In this document: positions 47,771 through 56,906 of the stretch, in pieces
Layout of the letters: every line of letters begins with the position of its first letter
Numbering within the stretch: position 1 is the first letter of the stretch
Assembly (NCBI GenBank): GCA_964426735.1
Contig: CAYRRP010000001.1
Coordinates: 157,226 to 221,225, forward strand
Reading direction: 5' to 3'
DNA from: an uncultured Candidatus Saccharibacteria bacterium
Lineage (GTDB): Bacteria > Patescibacteriota > Minisyncoccia > Phycocordibacterales > DATDWN01
DNA length: 64,000 nucleotides
Program-made: the position numbers and the translations under genes
The notes under the pieces: generated by a model
What the model was told of the DNA's origin: nothing
Database searches by the model: none
What the model saw: the letters and a program-made list of their open reading frames with translations, nothing else

Positions 47771-49636
47771 CTACACTATAAAAACCTTATACCAAAGAGC
47801 GAGCATATATAAAATGTAGATATGTCTCGCATTGTCTTTTTTGTTTTCAATATGATCTGAAATCAGGTTTTCGATAAAGAATGTATCGAGATGCTCCTTC
47901 ACGTACTCTGACTCCCGAATGGTTTTATACACGGGACACATCGGGTCACGAAGCCAAGTACGAATCGGTGTCGGGAAGCCGAGTTTTCGTCGATGACGAG
48001 TCTCTTCGGGAATAATTCCCGCAAATGCTTCTCTGAGTGCGTATTTTGTTACTCCTGCCTGCGCAGGTAGGCCCCCTTTCCATTTAAAAGAATCAGGGAG
48101 AGTGCGTGCAAGCTTCGCTACTTCAATATCAAGAAATGGCACACGAAGCTCGAGCGAGTTCGCCATAGTCATTTTGTCTGCTTTTGCCAAGATATCCCCT
48201 ACAAGCCACGTGTGGATGTCGATGTACTGCATTTTCTGCGAGTCACTCCCTGTTGCTTTTTTGTAGAGTCCATCGAGGGTGTGCTTTTTTGGTTGTACAC
48301 CTTTCCATAATCTATCTATTTGTGCACTCGTAAAGATAGATGCATTACCGATATACCAATCTTCGAGTTTTTGAAGCGCTCTCTTTGCGTGATTCTTACC
48401 CCAAAATTCAAACGGTACTTTTGTAAGCAGTGTGAGAAACCATGTGGGTACCCATGAAAGTTTTTTTTGATCGATAGGTTGAAGATAAATATTGTATCCA
48501 CCGAAAAGCTCGTCTGCTCCTTCTCCTGAAAGTACTACAGTTACTTTTTTTCGCGCTTCTTTTGCTACAAAATAGAGACCGATTGCTGAAGGGTCTGCCA
48601 CCGGTTCGTCAAAATGCCACACAAGCTTCGGTAACACATCAAAATAGGTTTTTGGATCAATGGTAATTTCCGTATGTTCGGTACCGAGAAAATCAGATGT
48701 GGTTGCTGCCTCTTTTCCTTCAGTAAGTACATCAAAGCCTACTGTAAATGTTTTGAGTACTCTTTTCTTTTCACTATTGACTGTCGACTCATGACTGATG
48801 ACTTCATTCATAAGCGAAGCTATTATGGATGAATCCACTCCCCCTGAGAGAAATGAACCGACCGGTACATCACTGATCATATGATGCGCCACAGAATCAC
48901 GAAGTGTATCTACAATCTCTTTTTTTGTTTCTTCAAAATTACGTGTAGTGTCAGGTGCAAAATCAAAATCCCAATAACGCTCGATTGTATGTGTACTTTT
49001 TTTTGTATCAATAGTAAGCGTGTGACCCGGTTTAAGTACAAAAATATCTTTAAAGAAGGTCTCTTCTATTGGGTTATACTGAAATCTCAAATAGTTAAAT
49101 ACCGCTTCATGGTTTACTTCTTTTTTATATTCTGGGTGTTCAAGAATACTTTTTATCTCTGATCCAAACGCCTTAATCTCAGTACCTACTCGCCAAAAAT
49201 ACAATGGTTTAATACCAAAAAAGTCTCGGGCAATAAATATTTTTCCTGTTTCTTTATTGTAGATAGCAAACGCAAACATACCTCGCAAACGAGAAACAGA
49301 CTTTGGGCCATGTGCTTCATACATTTGAAGGATCACTTCTGTATCAGAATGAGTCTTAAAGATTCTTCCTTCAGCCAAAAGTTCAGCTCGAAGTTCTTTG
49401 TAGTTATAGATTTCTCCATTGAAAAAGATAAGGAGACTTCCATCGACATTTTCGATAGGTTGCTTCCCTGCAGAGATATCAATAATGGAGAGACGACGCA
49501 TACCGAGCGCTACTCGATCATCAGAAAAAAAGCCGTCCTGATCTGGGCCACGATGATGAATCACCTCTGTCATTTTCTTAATCAGAGCTCGTTTTTCTGT
49601 TGTTTGTGCGCCTATAACGCCTGCGATTCCACACAT
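47771..49636 (-). CDS. asnB: asparagine synthase (glutamine-hydrolysing)
   Basis: MCGIAGV Ntn-amidotransferase start; SFLSGGVDSS PP-loop. Confidence 0.9.
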   Translation of the reverse strand: MCGIAGVIGAQTTEKRALIKKMTEVIHHRGPDQDGFFSDDRVALGMRRLSIIDISAGKQPIENVDGSLLIFFNGEIYNYKELRAELLAEGRIFKTHSDTEVILQMYEAHGPKSVSRLRGMFAFAIYNKETGKIFIARDFFGIKPLYFWRVGTEIKAFGSEIKSILEHPEYKKEVNHEAVFNYLRFQYNPIEETFFKDIFVLKPGHTLTIDTKKSTHTIERYWDFDFAPDTTRNFEETKKEIVDTLRDSVAHHMISDVPVGSFLSGGVDSSIIASLMNEVISHESTVNSEKKRVLKTFTVGFDVLTEGKEAATTSDFLGTEHTEITIDPKTYFDVLPKLVWHFDEPVADPSAIGLYFVAKEARKKVTVVLSGEGADELFGGYNIYLQPIDQKKLSWVPTWFLTLLTKVPFEFWGKNHAKRALQKLEDWYIGNASIFTSAQIDRLWKGVQPKKHTLDGLYKKATGSDSQKMQYIDIHTWLVGDILAKADKMTMANSLELRVPFLDIEVAKLARTLPDSFKWKGGLPAQAGVTKYALREAFAGIIPEETRHRRKLGFPTPIRTWLRDPMCPVYKTIRESEYVKEHLDTFFIENLISDHIENKKDNARHIYILYMLALWYKVFIV

Positions 49637-49745
49637 ATGTTAATACGTTATTACCTATGTTTTAAGTATAACGGAAAAGTTCTTTTTAACCAAAATAGTT
49701 GACAGAATTGCTAAATTTATATTAAATATGCAAGGAAGGAAAATT

Positions 49746-49952
49746 ATGAGACGCCGCTTCACAAAAACTGATGGAAGCCTTTGGTCACTAGATGAACGAA
49801 GTGCATTAACATTAGAATTACTCACAACAGTCACGACAGAGGATGGATCCAGAACCATCACGATTGAGAACGTAACAGATCAACAAGTACAAGAAGTACT
49901 TGAACACAACAATTTTACATCGGAAGAAGCTCCAATCAGACGCTACTACTAA
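49746..49952 (+). CDS. hypothetical small protein (68 aa)
   Basis: AAGGAAGGA SD; terminator hairpin 49974-49999. Confidence 0.35.
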   Translation: MRRRFTKTDGSLWSLDERSALTLELLTTVTTEDGSRTITIENVTDQQVQEVLEHNNFTSEEAPIRRYY

Positions 49953-50006
49953 CCAACATTGAAAACTACTGGGGTAGTAGTTTTCTTTTGCCAAATTGTA
50001 GAGTTT

Positions 50007-50951
50007 CTATTGTTTGATGTATTGAAGGGTAGAAGAAGCCAACGCTATCACATCAGAAAATCTTCCTTCAGTCGTCGAACCCAACACCACAATCGCAATC
50101 GGTCTTCCAAAACCCGCATCAAATACTACTGCAAGATTTCCACCTGCCAGATTTGTAAAACCAGTTTTTGATGCAATTACATTAGGAATATCACTCAACA
50201 TATTATTTGTATTTACTGCTTCATGTGAATACTGAGCTGAATATACTGTCTCCTTTGGAATCCGTGTTGCTTCGAGGAGTTCTGGATACTGCTCAAGAAT
50301 ATACCCAAACAAAAGTGCCACTTCTTCTGCAGACCCATACCCGCCAGCCAACGTATCACTCACATCAAGACCAGTTTCATTGGAAAAAGACATTGTTGAA
50401 AGTTGAAGGCGTTTTGCATACACATTCATTTCATCAATAAACTCTTTTCTTCCGAGTGTATAGTCTTTTGTGCCGAGTTTAAACGCACCTGCGACAGATG
50501 CGATTGAGCGCGCACCATCATTGGAAGAAACAATGAGTGAAAAATCAAGAAGGTCTGACAACGCAAACACTTCCCCATCTCGCAAACCTGTATCACCCTC
50601 TTCCACAAGAAATTCTTTTTTTACAGTGACCGTACTATATTGAGGAAGCAGTGTGCGCGCCACGAGTGCAGACATTACTTTAGTCAGTGATGCAAGAGGG
50701 CGTGAGACATTCGAATTTTTCTCTGAAATCACTTTTTGATCAACAATATCCCATACTATAAATGATTGTGCTTGAACTGCCGGAACCGAAAAAGAAACTT
50801 GGGTTGTAGATTTTTGATCTCCAGTGATCTGTTCCTTGCGTGCATCTACTTGGTATATCAAAAAACCGAGACCAACAATCAGTCCCACAAGAACAATATT
50901 AAAAGCAAATAACGGTATGCTTATATCGTTTTTTTCTGTCTGTTGTTCCAT
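50007..50951 (-). CDS. dacA: D-alanyl-D-alanine carboxypeptidase (S11 PBP5/6-like)
   Basis: SLTKVM (SxxK), SSND (SxN), KTG triad; N-terminal TM. Confidence 0.8.
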   Translation of the reverse strand: MEQQTEKNDISIPLFAFNIVLVGLIVGLGFLIYQVDARKEQITGDQKSTTQVSFSVPAVQAQSFIVWDIVDQKVISEKNSNVSRPLASLTKVMSALVARTLLPQYSTVTVKKEFLVEEGDTGLRDGEVFALSDLLDFSLIVSSNDGARSIASVAGAFKLGTKDYTLGRKEFIDEMNVYAKRLQLSTMSFSNETGLDVSDTLAGGYGSAEEVALLFGYILEQYPELLEATRIPKETVYSAQYSHEAVNTNNMLSDIPNVIASKTGFTNLAGGNLAVVFDAGFGRPIAIVVLGSTTEGRFSDVIALASSTLQYIKQ

Positions 50952-51487
50952 TATTCTTCAGTTTGTTGAAGTGCACTACTTCGATGATCAATTTCTTTCT
51001 TAACCGCTTCGTATTCAGGTAATTCCTGCACAGATGTAATACCTAAGTATTTTAACGCATCTGAGGTCGGTGTGTACAGGAATATCCTCTCATCGAGTTT
51101 ACTTGGTATTTTTTCAATTAATCCACGCAATAAAAGGTTTCGAATCGAAAATCCTGCGTTTACTCCTCGAATATATTCGATTTCTTTTCGAGTAACCGGA
51201 CTTTTATAAGCCACAATCGCCAATGTTTCGAGAGACGCTTGTGACAAATCTTTAGATAATTCATCTTTAACTATTTTTTCAATCAACGCTGAAGCATTCG
51301 GGTTTGTAACAAGTGAATACTCTCCTCTGTTTTCCAAAAGCGTAATTCCACGAGAACCAAGAGACTCTTTAAGTACACCGAGACCAGAAAGTACTTCTTC
51401 TTCAGAAACTTCAAGCCATGCCGAAAGATCCGCGAGTGACACCGGTTCATTTTTATAAAATAATATTGATTCTATGTTTTGTTGCAT
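50951..51487 (-). CDS. scpB: segregation and condensation protein B
   Basis: ETLAIVAYKSPVTRKEIEYIRGV winged-helix pattern. Confidence 0.85.
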   Translation of the reverse strand: MQQNIESILFYKNEPVSLADLSAWLEVSEEEVLSGLGVLKESLGSRGITLLENRGEYSLVTNPNASALIEKIVKDELSKDLSQASLETLAIVAYKSPVTRKEIEYIRGVNAGFSIRNLLLRGLIEKIPSKLDERIFLYTPTSDALKYLGITSVQELPEYEAVKKEIDHRSSALQQTEE

Positions 51488-51553
51488 TGTAAAGGTTGAG
51501 ATAAGAGTTGTGAGATCAGAGACATGAATTACTGTATAAGTATTTTCTCATAA

Positions 51554-51595
51554 CTCGTATCTCTTGTCTCGTATCTCTTGTTTTGTATCTCTGAC
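51554..51595. repeat. 14-bp tandem repeat CTCGTATCTCTTGT x2 plus degenerate third unit in scpA-scpB spacer
   Basis: read in sequence. Confidence 0.7.
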
Positions 51596-51597
51596 AA

Positions 51598-52386
51598 TTA
51601 ATATCGTGGCACTCCTACCATTGCAGTCTCCATTTCAATATCATGAAAAGGCCGATCTTGCTTTACCTGTATCACCCCTTGTTTCACCAGCTCGAGCATG
51701 GCAAGGAAATGCACCACCACTGCGACCTTTTCTTGCTTCCCGACACCAGCAAACTCCTTGAAATTAAGTTTGAGATGACGACCAATACGGTCTGTAAGGC
51801 TCACAATCGCCTCCTCAAGACTGATTACCTTGCGAACGGTCGTATGTGCCACCACTTTTGGTTTTGGCATGTTTTCCAGTACACGCATGATCGCTTCTTT
51901 GAGCGTAGTAAGATTTGTCCTTTTGTCAGGAGCAAATACTATAGTTGTTTGTTTTTTAGGTATTGATGAAAAAAGAATACGTTTTCCAAACAACTTTTTC
52001 AATTGCTCAGCTTTATGTTTATATTCTTGATGAAGTGTAAGTCGCACCTCCAAATCATCTATATTTCTTTCTTCTTCTTCAGACAAAGAAAGCGTAGGGA
52101 GCAATGATTTTGATTTTATGAGTACCAATGTAGACGCAATCAAAATAAATGACGCCGAATCAGAGAGTGGAAAATCCGTTTGACTTCGTACATACTCGAC
52201 ATAATCATCCGCAACTCGTGCAAGCGAAATATCACTAATCGAAAGCTTTCGTTTCTCAATCATAGTGAGAAGCACATCAAGTGGCCCCTCAAACACATCT
52301 GTTTTTACATTGTAGTCGATTGTATCCACCTTTGTATCATACCGTAAAATACCGAGACACTCTATAACCACTGTCCCCAGATACAT
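51598..52386 (-). CDS. scpA: segregation and condensation protein A
   Basis: FEGPLDVLLTMIEKRKLSISDISLARVADDYVEY. Confidence 0.85.
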   Translation of the reverse strand: MYLGTVVIECLGILRYDTKVDTIDYNVKTDVFEGPLDVLLTMIEKRKLSISDISLARVADDYVEYVRSQTDFPLSDSASFILIASTLVLIKSKSLLPTLSLSEEEERNIDDLEVRLTLHQEYKHKAEQLKKLFGKRILFSSIPKKQTTIVFAPDKRTNLTTLKEAIMRVLENMPKPKVVAHTTVRKVISLEEAIVSLTDRIGRHLKLNFKEFAGVGKQEKVAVVVHFLAMLELVKQGVIQVKQDRPFHDIEMETAMVGVPRY

Positions 52387-52431
52387 TTGAATACACCACC
52401 TCAGGTATTTTATACAAAAATACCCAGGGAA

Positions 52432-52491
52432 AATACATAGGGTACCCCTATGTATTAAATATGCTTGTTACATAGGGGTACCCTATGTAAT
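52432..52491. repeat. inverted pair of the same 21-bp REP-like palindrome (52434-52454, 52469-52489), 14-bp spacer, upstream of scpA
   Basis: read directly; sequences identical to the copies at 9494-9559. Confidence 0.8.
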
Positions 52492-52496
52492 AAAAA

Positions 52497-52524
52497 ATCG
52501 CCCAAGGAATAACCCTTGGGCGAT
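52497..52524 (-). terminator. minus-strand terminator ATCGCCCAAGGgttatTCCTTGGGCGAT plus T6 after GNAT gene
   Basis: read in sequence. Confidence 0.6.
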
Positions 52525-52527
52525 TGC

Positions 52528-53124
52528 TTACGCGAGATACTTTTCTTTGTACACTTTCCATAAAGGCAGAAAATCTTCTCGAAATACTGCAGTGAGCACC
52601 AAGTCTACAAGGTTGCCGTTTACAAACACATGCTTCTTCTGACGACCTTCTTCCTTGTACCCACACTTAGCATTAAAGCCTAGACTCAACTGATTGAATT
52701 CAAGTGCAGTCGAACAAATCTTTCGTAAGTTCAACTCATTGAATGCATGGTTGAGAAAAAGCATCTTTGCTTCAGTGCCATACCCTTTTCCTCGCCACTC
52801 TTCTTTACCGATAAGTGCACCGGTGGTAGCGGTACGATCTTTCCAGTTAATAGAGTGCAGACCCATAACACCGATCACCTGATCGGTATCCATGAGTACG
52901 ATGACGAGTACAACTTCTTTTGTACTATCTTTTGATATCTTTTTGATCCACTCTTCTTCAGAAATCAAGGAGTGTGGAAATTGATTGCTGATCATTCGTC
53001 GGACGTCAGGATCATTTGCATACCGTTGCAAAGTAGGTGCATCAGTGAGTTCAACAGGACGCATGTAGATGCGTTTACCTCTCAAAAACACGACGGGTTC
53101 TTTTTTCTCGACAGTTTCAGACAT
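52528..53124 (-). CDS. GNAT-family N-acetyltransferase
   Basis: ...VIGVMGLHSINWKDRTATTGALIGKEEWRGKGYGTEA acetyl-CoA binding pattern (Q/RxxGxG/A). Confidence 0.75.
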   Translation of the reverse strand: MSETVEKKEPVVFLRGKRIYMRPVELTDAPTLQRYANDPDVRRMISNQFPHSLISEEEWIKKISKDSTKEVVLVIVLMDTDQVIGVMGLHSINWKDRTATTGALIGKEEWRGKGYGTEAKMLFLNHAFNELNLRKICSTALEFNQLSLGFNAKCGYKEEGRQKKHVFVNGNLVDLVLTAVFREDFLPLWKVYKEKYLA

Positions 53125-53362
53125 ATTTTCTCCTTTGAAAGAACAATTCGCTTACAAAAAACCGTAGCTTCTGTAAAGCCACGGATTCTTTAGGAGAGTA
53201 AAGAGATTGTCGACTACAGGAGCCGTGGCAACACAGAAATATAGATAAAATACCCGAAGATTGAGGTACCTCGGTGGGTTTTTCGCATATTTGGCTGTGT
53301 TGCACATCTTTTCATTGCTTTTTTATAGTAAATAAAATGTAGATATTTGTCAATAAAATTAC

Positions 53363-53392
53363 TTGACAAATATATATTATATGGTATATAAG
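53363..53392 (+). promoter_or_regulatory. promoter TTGACA-N18-TATAAG
   Basis: read in sequence. Confidence 0.4.
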
Positions 53393-53399
53393 GGTAAAG

Positions 53400-53618
53400 T
53401 TCTTTGATATCCCCTTACGGAAGATGATATGTGCATATACCCGCTGTATATACATATCGTCTTCTGTAAGGTCAGAAACCTTCAGAGACGTTTTCCCCGA
53501 AGAGAAGGGGTCTTGGAAAAAAGAGGGTCGCAAGACCCTAGCAAGACTTGCACATACACCTGAACCACTCTGTGGCAGGCAAACGTATGTGTAAGTACAC
53601 ACCCTTAAGGAGGGAAAA
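53400..53618 (+). promoter_or_regulatory. about 219-nt highly structured 5' leader (candidate cis-regulatory RNA / riboswitch of unknown class)
   Basis: long imperfect hairpin 53411-53472, CCCCgaagagaaGGGG, GGGTCgcaaGACCC (GNRA loop), CACATAC...GTATGTG enclosing CCACtctGTGG; ends in strong SD TAAGGAGGG. Confidence 0.3.
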
Positions 53619-53849
53619 ATGTTTATTCTATTCCGCGATGGTGGGCGGGAAAGTATTGAATTTGCTGGGGTGTATAGCACCCTCAGCAACGCTATAGCCG
53701 CAGTACCTGCCAACATGGGGGACTGGATTATCGAGGTTGATGTCGACCCAAACCCGAGTCTGGAGTTTCGTTACAACAAACCTCCATCCACCCGGAGGTT
53801 TGAAATCATTTGTGGGAGGAAGGTTACCATTGATATTCTCACTCGGTAA
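53619..53849 (+). CDS. hypothetical small protein (76 aa)
   Basis: excellent SD; terminator 53856-53886 in + orientation; antisense ORFs lack these. Confidence 0.5.
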   Translation: MFILFRDGGRESIEFAGVYSTLSNAIAAVPANMGDWIIEVDVDPNPSLEFRYNKPPSTRRFEIICGRKVTIDILTR

Positions 53850-53855
53850 CCATGC

Positions 53856-53886
53856 GCCGGTGACCCTTTGGGTCACCGGCATTTTG
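53856..53886 (+). terminator. rho-independent terminator GCCGGTGACCCtttGGGTCACCGGC plus ATTTT
   Basis: read in sequence. Confidence 0.6.
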
Positions 53887-53964
53887 TATATATATTTTCC
53901 TTAGTACCCATTTTGGTGAAAATATTTCAAACCTCTTCCCTTCCTTATTTCATAATAAATTGTA

Positions 53965-54657
53965 TTACTCTTCTACTGCTTTCATCTCTTTTTTAAAGTC
54001 TAACATTAACTTAGCCAATTTAAACTTTATCCCTTTTGAATTGTTATACACCAACACCTTCTTTTGTAATTCAGAATTAAAGTATGCAAACAATGGAACA
54101 TTAAGCTTATTCCATCCTTTCATTTTTAATAACGTCTCCGCCAGATCATCAGTAACTGTTGTTGCAACCGCAACTTCACTATCATCTGCCATCTCCTTAA
54201 AAAGCTCATATCCTGTTCGTATTGATTTTGGAGCAAAATGAGTTGGTATGAATATATCAAACTTATAGTAGCCAAATATAAACCCTTTTTCCATATCGCC
54301 CTTAGCGTATGTCGACTCCCATGCACCTCCTTCAAAAAAGTGATGTATGAAAGATTCTTTACTTATTGGCTCTCTATCTCTTCTACTTATAGCATCAGCA
54401 TACCATTGATATATAGTTTCAAAATCTTCAGATTTAAGAGAATTTTTTAAGATTTCAGTTGAAAGTAACTGTTCTGGAACAACATCAACCGATTCAGTTT
54501 CCTCTGTTGTATATTCTTTTTTGTCAAAAGAATTTGATTGGTTACCAAAACTAGGATCTAAATACTCTAAAGCATCATCATTTAAAACATCTTCTCCATC
54601 TGTTTGTTCATGGGATACTGTACTTGCAGAGACACTATCACTGGATTCAAATTTCAT
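53965..54657 (-). CDS. hypothetical protein (230 aa), acidic N-terminus
   Basis: ORF only. Confidence 0.4.
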   Translation of the reverse strand: MKFESSDSVSASTVSHEQTDGEDVLNDDALEYLDPSFGNQSNSFDKKEYTTEETESVDVVPEQLLSTEILKNSLKSEDFETIYQWYADAISRRDREPISKESFIHHFFEGGAWESTYAKGDMEKGFIFGYYKFDIFIPTHFAPKSIRTGYELFKEMADDSEVAVATTVTDDLAETLLKMKGWNKLNVPLFAYFNSELQKKVLVYNNSKGIKFKLAKLMLDFKKEMKAVEE

Positions 54658-54668
54658 ATTTTTTTATA

Positions 54669-56015
54669 TTAAAACCCATCCGTGCTTAACTTTTCATCAA
54701 TTCGGTTCATGTCTCGAGGGAACATTGTTGCTTCTCGAATATTTTTTAGACCCAAGATTTGCATAGTGATACGTTCTGCTCCAAACGCAAATCCTCCTTC
54801 AGGTGGTACCCCATACTTGAATGCCTGGAGAAACATCTTTATTTTCTCTGGATCCATATTCCACAACTCAACATGCTTCATGAGTTGGTCGTAGTTATTT
54901 ATTCTTCGTCCACCAGAAAGCCACTCAACACCTCGACAGATCAAATCCATACCCTCATTACATTCAGGATTTTCAGGGTTTGGGTACACATAAAAAGGTT
55001 TCTTTCGAGTCGGATATCCGTAAATAAATACGAAGTCAGAACCAGTCTCTTCTTTGATAATCTCTGATATCTCTCGTTCATCCTGAGGGTTTGTGTCTTT
55101 CTCCCCTCGCACATCACGACCAGATTTCTGGAAGATTTTTTCCTGAACTTCAGCAAGAGAAAGCGTTGGTGTTTTTTCAATCATCACCGGAAGAGTTGCT
55201 CCAAGAGTTTTGATATGATCAGCATTTTTGAGTTCTATTTGTTTCAAAATAAATCGAACTGTCTCTTCAGCCATATCTCGCACATCTTTCCATGAATCAA
55301 TAAACGCCATTTCAGCATCGAGAGAAACAATTTCCGTGAGATGTCGTGTGGTTGAAGACGGTTCTGCACGAAACACTTTGTTTACAGAAAAACATCGCTC
55401 AAATGCCGACATCACAATCTGTTTATACAACTGTGGCGACTGAGACAAGTACGCTTTTTTATCAAAATAATCTACCTGAAATACCTCTGCCCCACCCTCT
55501 GCGGTAGCAGGAGTAATCGAAGGAGCCTGGAATTCAAAGAAATTATTTCGCTTCATAAACTCTCTAAAAGAATCAATGACAGTCTCTTGTACTTTGAAAA
55601 TTGCCTGCAATTTTGGCTGACGCAACACAAGCGCTCGGTTGTCGAGCTCTGTAGTCAAATCAACATTGTACCCGTCGATAGACATATCAAAAGGAAGCGG
55701 CGCAGCTTCTGCAAGCACTTCCAACCCTGTCACCTCCAATTCAACATCTCCATTTACTACCCCTGCTTTAATATTTTTCTCTGGTCTTTTATTTACAATA
55801 CCCTGAATACTGAGCACCCACTCAAGACGCACATCTTTTATTGCACTGATTGCCTCAATATGATTTGGTAATACAACACACTGAACCATTCCTGTCATAT
55901 CACGAAAATCAAGGAAAACCATTTTTCCTTGGTCTCGGCGGACTGCCACCCAGCCTTTCACAAGCACTGTTTCTCCAATATGAGTATTGAGATCTTTAAT
56001 ATATGTTCGATTCAT
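54669..56015 (-). CDS. class IIb aminoacyl-tRNA ligase, aspartate- or asparagine-specific (AspRS archaeal-type / AsnRS)
   Basis: N-terminal OB fold (VLVKGWVAVRRDQGKMVFLDFRD), motif 2 FRAEPSSTTRHLTE, motif 3 GGFAFGAERITMQILG. Confidence 0.85.
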   Translation of the reverse strand: MNRTYIKDLNTHIGETVLVKGWVAVRRDQGKMVFLDFRDMTGMVQCVVLPNHIEAISAIKDVRLEWVLSIQGIVNKRPEKNIKAGVVNGDVELEVTGLEVLAEAAPLPFDMSIDGYNVDLTTELDNRALVLRQPKLQAIFKVQETVIDSFREFMKRNNFFEFQAPSITPATAEGGAEVFQVDYFDKKAYLSQSPQLYKQIVMSAFERCFSVNKVFRAEPSSTTRHLTEIVSLDAEMAFIDSWKDVRDMAEETVRFILKQIELKNADHIKTLGATLPVMIEKTPTLSLAEVQEKIFQKSGRDVRGEKDTNPQDEREISEIIKEETGSDFVFIYGYPTRKKPFYVYPNPENPECNEGMDLICRGVEWLSGGRRINNYDQLMKHVELWNMDPEKIKMFLQAFKYGVPPEGGFAFGAERITMQILGLKNIREATMFPRDMNRIDEKLSTDGF

Positions 56016-56119
56016 CCTGTTAGAAATAGAACATCACAGATAGCTTTCTGTAATTCCTAAAAGTATTAACTTGTAATAGTTCGACGTAGTACGTAGTGAT
56101 TTCCGTTATTTCTAACGGG
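56016..56119. repeat. second copy of the TIR-bounded element, exactly filling the HAD-gene stop / tRNA-ligase start gap
   Basis: see 44850-44950. Confidence 0.75.
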
Positions 56120-56149
56120 ATCATACGAAAAATATACCACACCAACACT

Positions 56150-56899
56150 CTAAAGCCAAGATTGTATCAGTTTTTCTGTATGAGCTGGGTTTTGTACTTT
56201 TATACATTCTACTCCTGTAGAAATCGCTGGGTAATCATTACCCCCAGGAAACAAGGCATCTCCTACAAATATAATCTCCGCATCAGTAAGTTTCAAATAC
56301 TCTTGCAATCGGTCAATCGCTGTCGCTTTATTTGCACCTAATGCAGTAATATCGATAGTCGTCATACCTCCAATCTGGATATTAAACTCTGGAATTATTT
56401 TTTTGAGCTCTCGCACTATTTCTTCTCGTTTTTTATGATCCGAATCCCAAAGAGCTTTTACAGACACAGGTGCATTTTGTCCGAGGGCAGAAAAACTCAT
56501 TTGTGAACCTCGATCTTCAAGACGCTCTCCGTATATTTCCGCAGGAAAAACAATCGGAACATGATTGAGTACTGTAGAAAACGCATGTGTAATTTTTTGT
56601 TTTTCTTCGGGAGTAAGGTCTCTTGAAAATACACATGTCCACATATTATTTTCATAAACATACAGACGTGTACCTGATGTTGGCATCAAATACAGATTAT
56701 GAAAACAATCATGATGAGTAAATGGAGCAAGTACTTGCTTTTCAAATTGAGGAAAATTGCCTCCAGAAATAATTGCTACTTTTTTAATACTCAATAACCG
56801 CTCTACAAGCTCAACCATCGAGTGAGTGAGTGATGATTTACTCTCTGCAAGAGTCGAATCTAAGTCAAATATAATAAGTTTTGCTTCTGTAAAAGACAT
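56150..56899 (-). CDS. HAD-IIB hydrolase, eukaryotic-type phosphomannomutase-like
   Basis: IIFDLDSTL motif I, K..IISGG, GDALFPGGNDY motif IV region. Confidence 0.65.
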   Translation of the reverse strand: MSFTEAKLIIFDLDSTLAESKSSLTHSMVELVERLLSIKKVAIISGGNFPQFEKQVLAPFTHHDCFHNLYLMPTSGTRLYVYENNMWTCVFSRDLTPEEKQKITHAFSTVLNHVPIVFPAEIYGERLEDRGSQMSFSALGQNAPVSVKALWDSDHKKREEIVRELKKIIPEFNIQIGGMTTIDITALGANKATAIDRLQEYLKLTDAEIIFVGDALFPGGNDYPAISTGVECIKVQNPAHTEKLIQSWL

Positions 56900-56906
56900 A
56901 GATATA

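Noticed and set aside
53312-53882. Minus-strand ORFs 53312-53716 and 53628-53882 antisense to the small-protein cassette
   Set aside because: The SD and the terminator polarity (hairpin then T-run) fit the plus-strand ORF 53619-53849 only.
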